From Promethearchaeota archaeon (GTDB lineage: Archaea; Asgardarchaeota; Lokiarchaeia; Sigyniarchaeales; SOKP01), in contig JAEOSU010000105.1 in the NCBI GenBank assembly GCA_016840165.1, forward strand, positions 1-19,208: 19,208 nucleotides of DNA. Reading direction: 5' to 3'. Shown here in pieces: positions 1-8,083 of this stretch. Each line of letters opens with the position of its first letter. Position 1 is the stretch's first letter. The translations under genes were made by a program, and so were the position numbers. The notes beneath the pieces are model-generated. The model was not told where the DNA came from, searched no databases, and saw nothing but the letters and a program-made list of their open reading frames with translations.

Positions 1-401
1 AAATCAGAGGGACATATTAGGTTACCTACATTTTCGATAAAGACCGTATCATAATCACTTAAATCATAGTTATTTATTACTTGAGAGATATGATATGAGT
101 TTAATGCACATTCTCTTCCTGTGTTAATCTGAATTGTTTTAACCCCGTATTTAGCAATGCGGTTTGCATCAATTCTTGTAGTGACATCCCCATTAATTAC
201 CAAAACTTTTCTTAAATGTGATATTTTTTGAACTATTGCTTCAATTAGGGACGTTTTACCTGCACCAATCGCACCTACAATATCAAATGATAAAATGTGA
301 TGTTTTTTAAAGGTTTCATTATTTTTTGAGGCTAAAAGATCATTATTACTAATTAAATCTTCATTCAATTCAATGATTTTAGATAAATCTTCCTTTGTCA
401 T
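1..401 (-). CDS. hypB: Hydrogenase nickel-incorporation GTPase HypB (runs off the window edge)
   Basis: Not in the ORF track; translated by hand from ATG at 401: MTKEDLSKIIELNEDLISNNDLLASKN...FDIVGAIGAGKTSLIE (P-loop)...VINGDVTTRIDANRI...QINTGRECALNS...FIENVGNLICPSD. ENVGNLxCP is the HypB signature. Confidence 0.9.
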   Translation of the reverse strand, partial: MTKEDLSKIIELNEDLISNNDLLASKNNETFKKHHILSFDIVGAIGAGKTSLIEAIVQKISHLRKVLVINGDVTTRIDANRIAKYGVKTIQINTGRECALNSYHISQVINNYDLSDYDTVFIENVGNLICPSD

Positions 402-507
402 TTTTCAAATATTTATATTGTTGAATAAATAAGAATACGTATAGTAAGACTTTATCCTTCATATTAATTTCGGATTGTAATCTTAGTAAGTTAATTTAAC
501 AATTAAA

Positions 508-1407
508 TTATCTGGTTTTATATTTAAAATAGTACAACAAATATGAACCAAAAATACCGCCAAGATCAGGTAAATAGACCAATAAATAAAGGAGATCCCC
601 TATAGCTAATAAAAGACCGGGAATTAAGTTCAATAGAACTAAAAAAATGATAATTGTTCTTCCTTTCATTCTTATAGGCATAAAGAAAACCAAGAAAGTC
701 ATTTCTCGATTTATATTTAGAAAAATCATAAAAGAAATGACTCCTAATAGCGCACCTGAAGCCAAACCAATCGGTACAACAATTATATAACCGTAAAACG
801 GCTGTAATGCAAGCCATAACAAGATATAAAATAGTGCTGTCATAAAACCGCATAAAAAATAGAGTCTTAATAAAAATTTTGTACCAAATGTGCGTTCAAG
901 GTTTTTTATCATTACATAAAATAATATTATTAGAATAATTAAAAAGAATAGACCAAATAAATCTTGAGTATAAGATACAAAAAATGAAGTTATAAGACTC
1001 CATAACCATAAATTTAAAAAACTTAAACTACTCAGAGTTAAAAAGAGCGGATAGATGAAAGTTACCAATGAAAGAATAAATATCAATGCAATTAAATATT
1101 TAGTTCCTTTTGCTCCTCTATATCCATAATCTTCAAAATCTCTGATAGTTTTTATCTTCTGCTTTTCTTGTCTTTTGAGATATTTTTTAATTTTTCTGGG
1201 AGTGTTTGTAGATGACTTTTGAGAGATTGGACTTATTGTTTGGCTTAAACTTCTTGTTGGAACCGGTACTACGGGAGTATGCTTTAATTCAAAAGTACAA
1301 TCATGATTTTCAGGTAATCTATGCTTCTTACAGAATACTCCTCCACAGTACTTGCACTTAAACGGTAAATACCCTATCTTTTCTCCACAAGTCTCACAGA
1401 ATGGCAT
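508..1407 (-). CDS. AN1-type zinc finger fused to a rhomboid-family membrane domain, probably catalytically inactive
   Basis: N-terminal [21 protein letters not shown] matches the AN1 pattern. A basic linker is followed by about 6-7 hydrophobic segments with rhomboid-like motifs ([31 protein letters not shown] in place of AHLGG). Confidence 0.8.
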   Translation of the reverse strand: MPFCETCGEKIGYLPFKCKYCGGVFCKKHRLPENHDCTFELKHTPVVPVPTRSLSQTISPISQKSSTNTPRKIKKYLKRQEKQKIKTIRDFEDYGYRGAKGTKYLIALIFILSLVTFIYPLFLTLSSLSFLNLWLWSLITSFFVSYTQDLFGLFFLIILIILFYVMIKNLERTFGTKFLLRLYFLCGFMTALFYILLWLALQPFYGYIIVVPIGLASGALLGVISFMIFLNINREMTFLVFFMPIRMKGRTIIIFLVLLNLIPGLLLAIGDLLYLLVYLPDLGGIFGSYLLYYFKYKTR

Positions 1408-1557
1408 AACTTAAAAAAAATAACAATAATTTTAATTGATATTATTCTAATTTGAAGAAATTTATTTAAAGATTTACTTTAATGATTATTTATTATGTAA
1501 ACTACTATCCTTGATAACTTTTTAGGTTAATTCTCAAAACAACTTCAGCAAAAATTA

Positions 1558-2547
1558 TTAAAGAGGGAAAAAAACAGAAGTTCCGAATGGAGTATAAACA
1601 AGCACGATAGTTACTATGAGAAATACAATCAAACTTGCCATTAGTATAACGTATACTTTTTTATTCCACTTAAAAATATTTTGACCATCCAAGATGCCTA
1701 AAGGTATCATATTAAAAGTTCCAAGCATATAATTTAAGTACGCTGCGAGCGCGAAGAAATAGTTTAAAGGATAGAGTGTCGAAGGAATGAGAAATGAAAT
1801 CAATAAAAGAGTAGATCCATATAACAAATTAATAGTTGGACCTGCAGCTTTACAAAGTCCCGTTTTTCGATTGACTTTATCTAATCCTAATACGACTACT
1901 GCTCCAGGAAGAGCAAGAGATGGAAGTGCTGGAGAATTAGATATTAAACTAAAGAGTCCAGTTAATAAGCCAATTATTGTCAAAATCATACCAAAAGTGA
2001 GGAGTCTAAATTTGGTTTGCAATCCAAAATGAATTGCAACTTGGCGATGACCCAATTCATGAAAAAGGAAAGCGGTCATATAAAAACCAGCAAGCATAAA
2101 TACTGCCCAACCATAACCTATTGAAAATAATTGGGGGTCCCAGAAAGCTATTAACCCAATTATAAAAATAAGACCCCCTCCTATAATGAAATGCAGTAGT
2201 TCCGACTTATGTGCAAGCAAAATACCTTTAAAATCTATTCCTGAACTTGGGCTGAATGCGTCTTCCGGGATCTGTTTTTCTTGACGATACCATGTATATG
2301 TTCCATCTGTAGTACCCCTCACAATAGAATTGCCTTCTGAATTAACGGAGGGATATGCAACCTGGGTTTCAGAATAAGGAGGATTGAAATTACTTAGGCT
2401 AGTTAAAGAATTTATCCCTTGAGGCTCAAGAACAAGATTACACTCATGATCAATTGGATTTTTATGAATTGAACAATAACTTTGTCCGCATTGTTCACAT
2501 CGAAACGTTTCAATAACTTCTCTTCCACAGTGATAACATATCGGCAT
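1558..2547 (-). CDS. AN1-type zinc finger fused to an M50/site-2 intramembrane metalloprotease
   Basis: MPICYHC..CEQC..YCSIHKNPIDHEC (AN1), HELGH zinc motif, AGPTINL, and FNMIPLGILDG (NxxPxxxLDG). Start moved from TTG 2601 to ATG 2547 because it parallels the MPFC start of the neighbouring gene; ATG 2559 is also possible. Confidence 0.88.
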   Translation of the reverse strand: MPICYHCGREVIETFRCEQCGQSYCSIHKNPIDHECNLVLEPQGINSLTSLSNFNPPYSETQVAYPSVNSEGNSIVRGTTDGTYTWYRQEKQIPEDAFSPSSGIDFKGILLAHKSELLHFIIGGGLIFIIGLIAFWDPQLFSIGYGWAVFMLAGFYMTAFLFHELGHRQVAIHFGLQTKFRLLTFGMILTIIGLLTGLFSLISNSPALPSLALPGAVVVLGLDKVNRKTGLCKAAGPTINLLYGSTLLLISFLIPSTLYPLNYFFALAAYLNYMLGTFNMIPLGILDGQNIFKWNKKVYVILMASLIVFLIVTIVLVYTPFGTSVFFPL

Positions 2548-2666
2548 ACTATAATTCATATAAAATTTAGTGTTAATAATATTACGCTTATTAACTAACA
2601 AAACTTTTAAATTTGTAGAAATTGGTATTTTAAAATAGTGCTAATGGATTTTTTTAGGTGTTTACC

Positions 2667-2795
2667 ATGAGTGAGGAAGAGAATAATCAAGAAGATTTAG
2701 AAGATGAAAGAAAGAAATTGGATGAATTAGGAGTCAGTAGTACTTGGAATATTCTTTCTGATTTAACTAAAAAGAAAAAAGAAAACGAAAAATAA
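2667..2795 (+). CDS. Small 42-aa hypothetical protein with an acidic N-half and basic C-tail
   Basis: Manual translation: MSEEENNQEDLEDERKKLDELGVSSTWNILSDLTKKKKENEK*. SD-like AGGTG at 2656-2660; purine-rich, coding-like composition. Confidence 0.6.
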   Translation: MSEEENNQEDLEDERKKLDELGVSSTWNILSDLTKKKKENEK

Positions 2796-2917
2796 ATAAA
2801 AAGCGATTAAAATGATTTTATTACTTATATTTTATAGTAATATTATATATTCACAAAATAATTAAATTATTAAGAATTTCCTCTAATATTAAAAATCAAG
2901 TTATTAGGGTAATTATT

Positions 2918-3142
2918 ATCACGGGAAAAAATACTGCTTATTGCCCTGTTTGCCAGCGCGAGGTTATTTTAAGAAGAAAGAACTTTGATCATATATATCA
3001 TGAAGTTTTGTGTTTTATGGTCCTTTTAACATGTGGTGTAGGATTCTTTATATATTTAGCACTCAAATATAGTAAAAAAAAGGACAGATGCCCTAGTTGT
3101 GAGACCAAATTTGATCTAGAAACGCTTAAACCTATAGAATAA
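2918..3142 (+). CDS. LITAF-like zinc-ribbon membrane protein (CxxC - hydrophobic segment - CxxC), about 74 aa, start codon uncertain
   Basis: Manual translation: ITGKNTAYCPVCQREVILRRKNFDHIYHEVLCFMVLLTCGVGFFIYLALKYSKKKDRCPSCETKFDLETLKPIE*. There is no in-frame ATG/GTG/TTG between the TGA at 2813-2815 and the first CxxC. SD-like AGGGT at 2906-2910 precedes ATT ATT ATC. Confidence 0.7.
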   Translation: MTGKNTAYCPVCQREVILRRKNFDHIYHEVLCFMVLLTCGVGFFIYLALKYSKKKDRCPSCETKFDLETLKPIE

Positions 3143-3160
3143 GTTTTTAAAAATAATAGA

Positions 3161-3418
3161 TTATCTTTTTAATTTCATTTCCCTCTTACATTTGGGACAA
3201 ATTTTATCTCTGCTCTCTAAAGATCGTTTCATGAGTACTTTTTGATATTTACATTTTGAATTAGAGCAAATCAGTGTAAATTTAGAGAGTTGTTTCTGAG
3301 ATTCCCTCGGTCTCTTTTTTTTAGTTTTTTGCTCCTTCTTGTCTGAAATATTGACCTCAGGTTCTTTAGGCTCTTTTTCCCGGTCTTTATCAGACTGTAT
3401 CCATTTATCTAATCCCAA
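3161..3418 (-). CDS. Small basic protein with a C-terminal zinc ribbon
   Basis: CSNSKC...CPKC and a Lys/Glu-rich linker. Likely TTG start at 3418 (MGLDKWI) downstream of SD-like AGGT; the ORF track start is TTG 3427. Confidence 0.7.
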   Translation of the reverse strand: MGLDKWIQSDKDREKEPKEPEVNISDKKEQKTKKKRPRESQKQLSKFTLICSNSKCKYQKVLMKRSLESRDKICPKCKREMKLKR

Positions 3419-3557
3419 AATAAACAACCTTTTGAAAATTAGCTAACTCAGTTTATCTTTAACTCTTACAATAATAAAATTTTTAAATTTTTTAAAAATT
3501 GGGTATTCTTTCACACTTAAATAATAAAAAAATAAAAAAGAAAAAATTCTAAGGATT

Positions 3558-4799
3558 TTAGAAAACTTGTACTTTTCCTTCAATTAATCTTCGTCTAAGA
3601 TTTATCATATATTCTTTGGTCAAGAATTCATCAGACACTTCTTTCCCTATCTTTTCAATACTCGCAAAATTCACATTAGGAGCAGGTATTAATTCGATAG
3701 AATTTACCCAGGGATCTGTAATTGGTCTCCCGATTTGGGATAAAAGTTTAACGTGAGCTTCAGTGATATCTCCCTCCCCTCTCTTCACTATTTCTCTGGC
3801 TATTTCAGTGGATAAAACATTATATATTTTACCAACATGATTGATGGGGTTTTTCCCACAAACCGCTTCCAGGCTCATAGTTCGGCAAGGGGTAATTAAG
3901 CCATTGCTTCTATTGCCCCGACCAACCTCTCCATCATCTCCTGCTTCTGCACTTGTCCCTGTTATCGTTAAATACATGATACCTTTCTCAATTTGGTCAG
4001 CAACATTTACTTGACATGTTACTTCTCTTTCAGGAATTACCTTAGCTGCTAAATCTAAAACTGATTCTTTGATTTGATTAGTATAATTCATATATTCATC
4101 TTTGTCATTGATAAATTTACTTACCATTGCAGCAGCTACCGTAATTCCTACTTTGTTTCCAATTCTTTCCGTCATGATTTTTACGTCCTCTCCTGATCCT
4201 TTACATTTGTCTTTAAATTTCGAGGAGTTTATCAAATATTCTGCTTCTAATGTTATTTTTTCTACATCTGAGTAGGGAGCATATCCTACTCCAAAGCTTG
4301 TATCATTTGCTAAAGGTACTTCTTCAGTGTGATGAGAATCATCGAACACACCTGTCAAATCTATCGAACCTGGTCGAACGGCATAATCAAACTGAATGTC
4401 TTTATTCAAATCAAGATTACGGAATATCTTTCCTAATTCTTGTCTTTGAGTCTCTAGACAAATAGTAGCCACCGGGACATATTCCAATTTGGTTTCTGTA
4501 CCACATTCAGTTAGAATTTGATTAATCGCTCGCCCTACAATTAGAAAATATTGCGGTTGGATAATCATTCCTCCACCAAATGAAGGCTTTGCGGTTCCAC
4601 CAACGAGTGCAGCTTTATCAACATTATGATGATATACGCGATCATAATTTTTCAAATAGTAAGCACAAAGCGCTCTAGAACAAGCATCAGCAACAGCATC
4701 ACATACAGTATCGGGATGACCAATTCCCTTTCGTTCACAGATTTCAGGAAAATCGCTCTTTTCAATAGGTAAAAAGTTTGCACGTGTTATTTTTAACAT
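3558..4799 (-). CDS. mat: Archaeal-type S-adenosylmethionine synthetase
   Basis: [65 protein letters not shown]. Confidence 0.97.
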   Translation of the reverse strand: MLKITRANFLPIEKSDFPEICERKGIGHPDTVCDAVADACSRALCAYYLKNYDRVYHHNVDKAALVGGTAKPSFGGGMIIQPQYFLIVGRAINQILTECGTETKLEYVPVATICLETQRQELGKIFRNLDLNKDIQFDYAVRPGSIDLTGVFDDSHHTEEVPLANDTSFGVGYAPYSDVEKITLEAEYLINSSKFKDKCKGSGEDVKIMTERIGNKVGITVAAAMVSKFINDKDEYMNYTNQIKESVLDLAAKVIPEREVTCQVNVADQIEKGIMYLTITGTSAEAGDDGEVGRGNRSNGLITPCRTMSLEAVCGKNPINHVGKIYNVLSTEIAREIVKRGEGDITEAHVKLLSQIGRPITDPWVNSIELIPAPNVNFASIEKIGKEVSDEFLTKEYMINLRRRLIEGKVQVF

Positions 4800-4934
4800 A
4801 TTTATAACTATTTTAGATAATTATCTTTTTAAATTAATGATTAATTAAAATAATTATTGTTTAAATTATGCATTTAAAGAATATTATATGCACTAAGATT
4901 ATACTAAATAAATTTTACTAATTTGAATTTGAAT

Positions 4935-5519
4935 ATGACAATACTGCCAGACCTCTCTGAAATTAAATCTATAAGAAAATCTCTTAATATTAGTCAAAAA
5001 GAACTTGGAGAAATTTTAAATATTCCCCAATCTACCATTTCAAGAATTGAAAATGGTTCAATGGATCCCCCCTATTCAAAAATTAAGAAGATATACACCT
5101 ATTTACAAAAGGAACTGGCAAAGAGCAAAGAATCTACTATAAGAGCTGAAAACATTATGACCAAAAAAATATATAGTATAGGTTCAGATTCAACAGTAAA
5201 AAATGCTGTTGAGATAATGAACCAGTACAAAATTTCTCAAGTTCCTATTATTGATGATGAAAAAAATGTTGGAAGTTTAACTGCCAAAAAAATCCAGAAG
5301 CTTCTAACTGATAATTCTAATTTCTTAAACATGAAAGTTATTGATATAAAAGAATTACCCTTTCCTGAGGTTGAAAAAAACTGGAGCACGAAAGAAATAT
5401 CAAATTTGCTTTTAAACTATCCAGCTGTTTTAGTAAAGCATTTAAATAAATATATCGGGATTATAACGGATGCAGATTTTTTGAAACTCACAAACAGGTA
5501 CGATTATAAAATTAAGTAA
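4935..5519 (+). CDS. XRE-type HTH plus CBS-pair transcriptional regulator (COG3620-like)
   Basis: IRKSLNISQKELGEILNIPQSTISRIENGSMDPPYSK HTH followed by two CBS repeats (ISQVPIID..VGSLT; PAVLV..GIITDADFL). ATG at 4935; the track start is TTG 4923. Confidence 0.9.
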   Translation: MTILPDLSEIKSIRKSLNISQKELGEILNIPQSTISRIENGSMDPPYSKIKKIYTYLQKELAKSKESTIRAENIMTKKIYSIGSDSTVKNAVEIMNQYKISQVPIIDDEKNVGSLTAKKIQKLLTDNSNFLNMKVIDIKELPFPEVEKNWSTKEISNLLLNYPAVLVKHLNKYIGIITDADFLKLTNRYDYKIK

Positions 5520-5598
5520 TGACGTTGTTAAGCATAACAATATCTTTATTATGAAAAAAGATTTTTTAAATAGTTTTTCTTTAAATTACTTAGATTAG

Positions 5599-6600
5599 AT
5601 GATCGAAAAAGTTCTTGAAAGAATTAATTTTTTACTGAAACGAGCTAATTTTGAAACTTTATCCTTAGATAGTTTTTCAACAAAAAAAAATAAATTTTGT
5701 TTTGATATACTTGTAAAAAGACAAGATTTAATATTCACTATAAAGGTATTTCCCAATATCGATAATCTCAACCAAGATATCCTCCGTGATATGAAATCTT
5801 TATCTCTATTATTAAAATCAAAACCATTATTAATTGGTATAAGAAACCGCTATCAGAAATTAGAGGATAATACTATTTATATAAGAGAAGATTTGCCTTT
5901 TATAACAGTAAACACCTTAGAAAACATTCTTAATAATAATTATCCTTATATCCTTGCTAAAAGAGGAGGGGGTATAACGTTCCTAAATGGTGATTTAGTT
6001 AAAGAGTTAAGAATTAAGCATAATATATCCAGGCAGGAACTAGCAGATAAGATTGGGGTAACTAAGAGAACAATTTGCTCCTATGAAACTGAAAATATGC
6101 GTCCAAGTGAAAAGATCGCTCAAAAGATATTAGAAATATTTGGAGATAATTCTATTTTTAAGCAAATCAATGTACTCGAATGGAATTTTAAATTAAACAG
6201 AGATATCATGATAACTTCAGAAGAGAGCGAATTAAGCCCTTTTGAGGCTCATATATACGAAGTGATTAAAGACATTGGTATCTCTTCTTATTGGTATAAA
6301 AAAGGACCTTTACCCTTCAAATGTTCAATTTATTCTGAAAATTTGGAATCCAAAGAAAGAAATGATTTTTACCCTCTTTTTTCAGGTATTTTTGATGAGA
6401 AAAAGAGCATTAATGAATTAAATATAAAATGTCTTAAGGTCTTTAATAGTTTATTTAATAAACAAGCTCTTTTTATTATAAATAATGACATTAAAATCCC
6501 TGATTCGGAAAAAGATAAGATTCCAATCGTGAAGATTAAAGAATTGGAAAAAATTGATGATGAGGATCAATTTATCGAGTTTATACAAGAATCTAAGTAA
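5599..6600 (+). CDS. Archaeal HTH transcriptional regulator (COG1395-like)
   Basis: CFDILVKR..IKVFPNIDNL N-domain, P.I.A.RGG motif, and central HTH LRIKHNISRQELADKIGVTKRTICSYE. Confidence 0.85.
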   Translation: MIEKVLERINFLLKRANFETLSLDSFSTKKNKFCFDILVKRQDLIFTIKVFPNIDNLNQDILRDMKSLSLLLKSKPLLIGIRNRYQKLEDNTIYIREDLPFITVNTLENILNNNYPYILAKRGGGITFLNGDLVKELRIKHNISRQELADKIGVTKRTICSYETENMRPSEKIAQKILEIFGDNSIFKQINVLEWNFKLNRDIMITSEESELSPFEAHIYEVIKDIGISSYWYKKGPLPFKCSIYSENLESKERNDFYPLFSGIFDEKKSINELNIKCLKVFNSLFNKQALFIINNDIKIPDSEKDKIPIVKIKELEKIDDEDQFIEFIQESK

Positions 6601-6656
6601 TTAACTAAATAACTAAGTAATATTAAAATTGCTAAATTACTCAAATTATGGAAGTT

Positions 6657-7349
6657 ATGAAAATCTGTGGGATAGACGAGGCTGGTAGAGTATAATTCAC
6701 TTCGAATTAACCGCTAAAAGGGCCCGTTATAGGTCCTATGGTAATATGTGGAATTTCTTTTCTTAGCTCCAAGTTGGATTTTTTATCTGAGTTGGGGGTA
6801 AAAGACTCTAAAAAGCTTAGCCCCAAAAAAAGAACTAAGTTAGCTATTCTTCTCAAGGAAAACTGTTTATCATATAAAATAACAATAGTCCCAGTAGATG
6901 AAATTGATGGGAGAATTTCTAAGAAAATTACCCTTAATCGGTTAGAAGAATTAAAAATGGCTGAAATTATTAATGAATTAAAACCAGAAGAGATCTATCT
7001 TGATGCGGCCGATGTAAATGAAAAAAGATTCGGTATGTCCATTAAGAAATTACTATCTTTCAATCCGAAATTTATTATTTCTGAACATAAAGCTGATGAG
7101 AAATATCCGATTGTTTCAGCGGCTTCTATTGTGGCTAAATATGAAAGAGACTCAATTATAGCAGATTTAAAGCAGACATATGGAGATTTTGGGTCAGGTT
7201 ATACCTCTGATAGAAAAACCATTGATTTTATGCGTAATTGGATAATTAAAAACAAATCAATCCCTCCTTTTGTACGAAGATCATGGGAGACAACTAAAGT
7301 TTTGGCAGAAGAACTTATATATAATAAAAAATTGACAGATTATCTATGA
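6657..7349 (+). CDS. rnhB: Ribonuclease HII, two exons: join(6657..6688,6719..7349), 220 aa after splicing (alternative ATG at 6648)
   Basis: Exon 1 gives MKICGIDEAGR and exon 2 gives GPVIGPMV...GVKDSKKL...YLDAAD...HKAD..YPIVSAASIVAK..RD...GDFGSGY.SD, ending in PIP-box-like KKLTDYL. The track ORF (6738) lacks the catalytic DE residues, which lie in the same frame upstream of two TAA codons. Confidence 0.93.
6689..6718 (+). other. Putative 30-nt bulge-helix-bulge intron in rnhB mRNA
   Basis: Sequence AGTATAATTCACTTCGAATTAACCGCTAAA with in-frame TAA at 6693 and 6708. Central helix UGGU(6683-6686)/GCUA(6713-6716); 3-nt bulges AGA(6687-6689) and AAA(6717-6719); closing pairs C6682-G6720 and G6690-C6712; inner stem UAAUUC/GAAUUA. 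Confidence 0.82.
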
Positions 7350-7372
7350 GTTTTTACGAAAATAATGCGGTT

Positions 7373-8074
7373 TTATATTTTTTTCCTTGCAATCAGAATT
7401 AAATGATTAGCCGCAAATTTATGGATATTCACACTTTCTACTATTTCAAAACCACTTGATTCTAAGATTTTTCTCTCTTCTTGATAAACTCTTTCCGATT
7501 TTTCAATACTATCAATAGATTGAGACTTAACTGCAAAAATAAGATAACTATCATCTTTTAGATAATAATTACAATTTTTTATAGCAATTTCTGCTTGATT
7601 AGGTTGAGCAACGTCTTGATAAACTATGTCTACTTCTGTAAATACCGATCTTGCATAACTCTCAGGATAGTTGGCATCTCCTAATATTGGAATAATATTA
7701 TCTCTTTGAGATGTGTTTTGAATTAATTGACGAATACTTCTCTCTGCAACTTCAATCCCAAATATTATACCTTCTGATAACATATCCGAAAGGTGAGAAA
7801 TTGTGGTTCCAGAAGAAGCTCCTAAATAAAGGCATAGGTGATTTTTTAAAAATAAATCTAATTTTGGCTTTAACAACAAAAGTGCTGCTAATTTGCTTCT
7901 AAATGGATCCCATTCTCTATATTCCTTTCCATTAAAAAAAGTTAAATTTTCATCATACACTCTTATACCTTTACATATATTTCGAGTATATAATTTCATA
8001 TTGTTTTGCGAACCCGAATAGTATACATTTGGAAATGTTGAATATGGTCTTAGTTCAATCTTACTCAAACCCAA
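7373..8074 (-). CDS. flpA: Fibrillarin-like rRNA/tRNA 2'-O-methyltransferase
   Basis: EYREWDPFRSKLAA, LYLGASSGTTISHLSD, NIIPILGDA..P..Y, DIVYQDVAQPNQAEI. TTG start after a GGAG SD. Confidence 0.96.
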   Translation of the reverse strand: MGLSKIELRPYSTFPNVYYSGSQNNMKLYTRNICKGIRVYDENLTFFNGKEYREWDPFRSKLAALLLLKPKLDLFLKNHLCLYLGASSGTTISHLSDMLSEGIIFGIEVAERSIRQLIQNTSQRDNIIPILGDANYPESYARSVFTEVDIVYQDVAQPNQAEIAIKNCNYYLKDDSYLIFAVKSQSIDSIEKSERVYQEERKILESSGFEIVESVNIHKFAANHLILIARKKI

Positions 8075-8083
8075 ATTTCTCCT

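Noticed and set aside
566-853. 95-aa alternative-frame ORF
   Set aside because: Lies inside the AN1-rhomboid gene; no recognisable motif.
1787-2032. 81-aa antisense ORF
   Set aside because: Shadow of the M50 protease gene.
4250-4465. 71-aa antisense ORF
   Set aside because: Shadow of mat.
6690-6720. Spliceosomal-looking GT...AG intron (GTATAA...TTAAC...AAG) in rnhB
   Set aside because: It is 31 nt, and removal gives AGA GGC CCG TTA TAG (frameshift and stop). The 36-nt GT-AG alternative (6685-6720) deletes conserved Arg-Gly. Only a 30-nt excision restores the motif, and it fits BHB geometry. The resemblance is treated as coincidence.
6687-6722. Ribosomal bypassing or stop readthrough as the way to express rnhB
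   Set aside because: There are no matched take-off and landing codons (AGA vs AAA), and readthrough would need two TAA codons and would insert 10 residues into the active-site motif.
6738-7349. Track ORF as a complete RNase HII or as a pseudogene
   Set aside because: It lacks the catalytic Asp-Glu, which are present in frame upstream. No other lesions are visible, so decay is unlikely.
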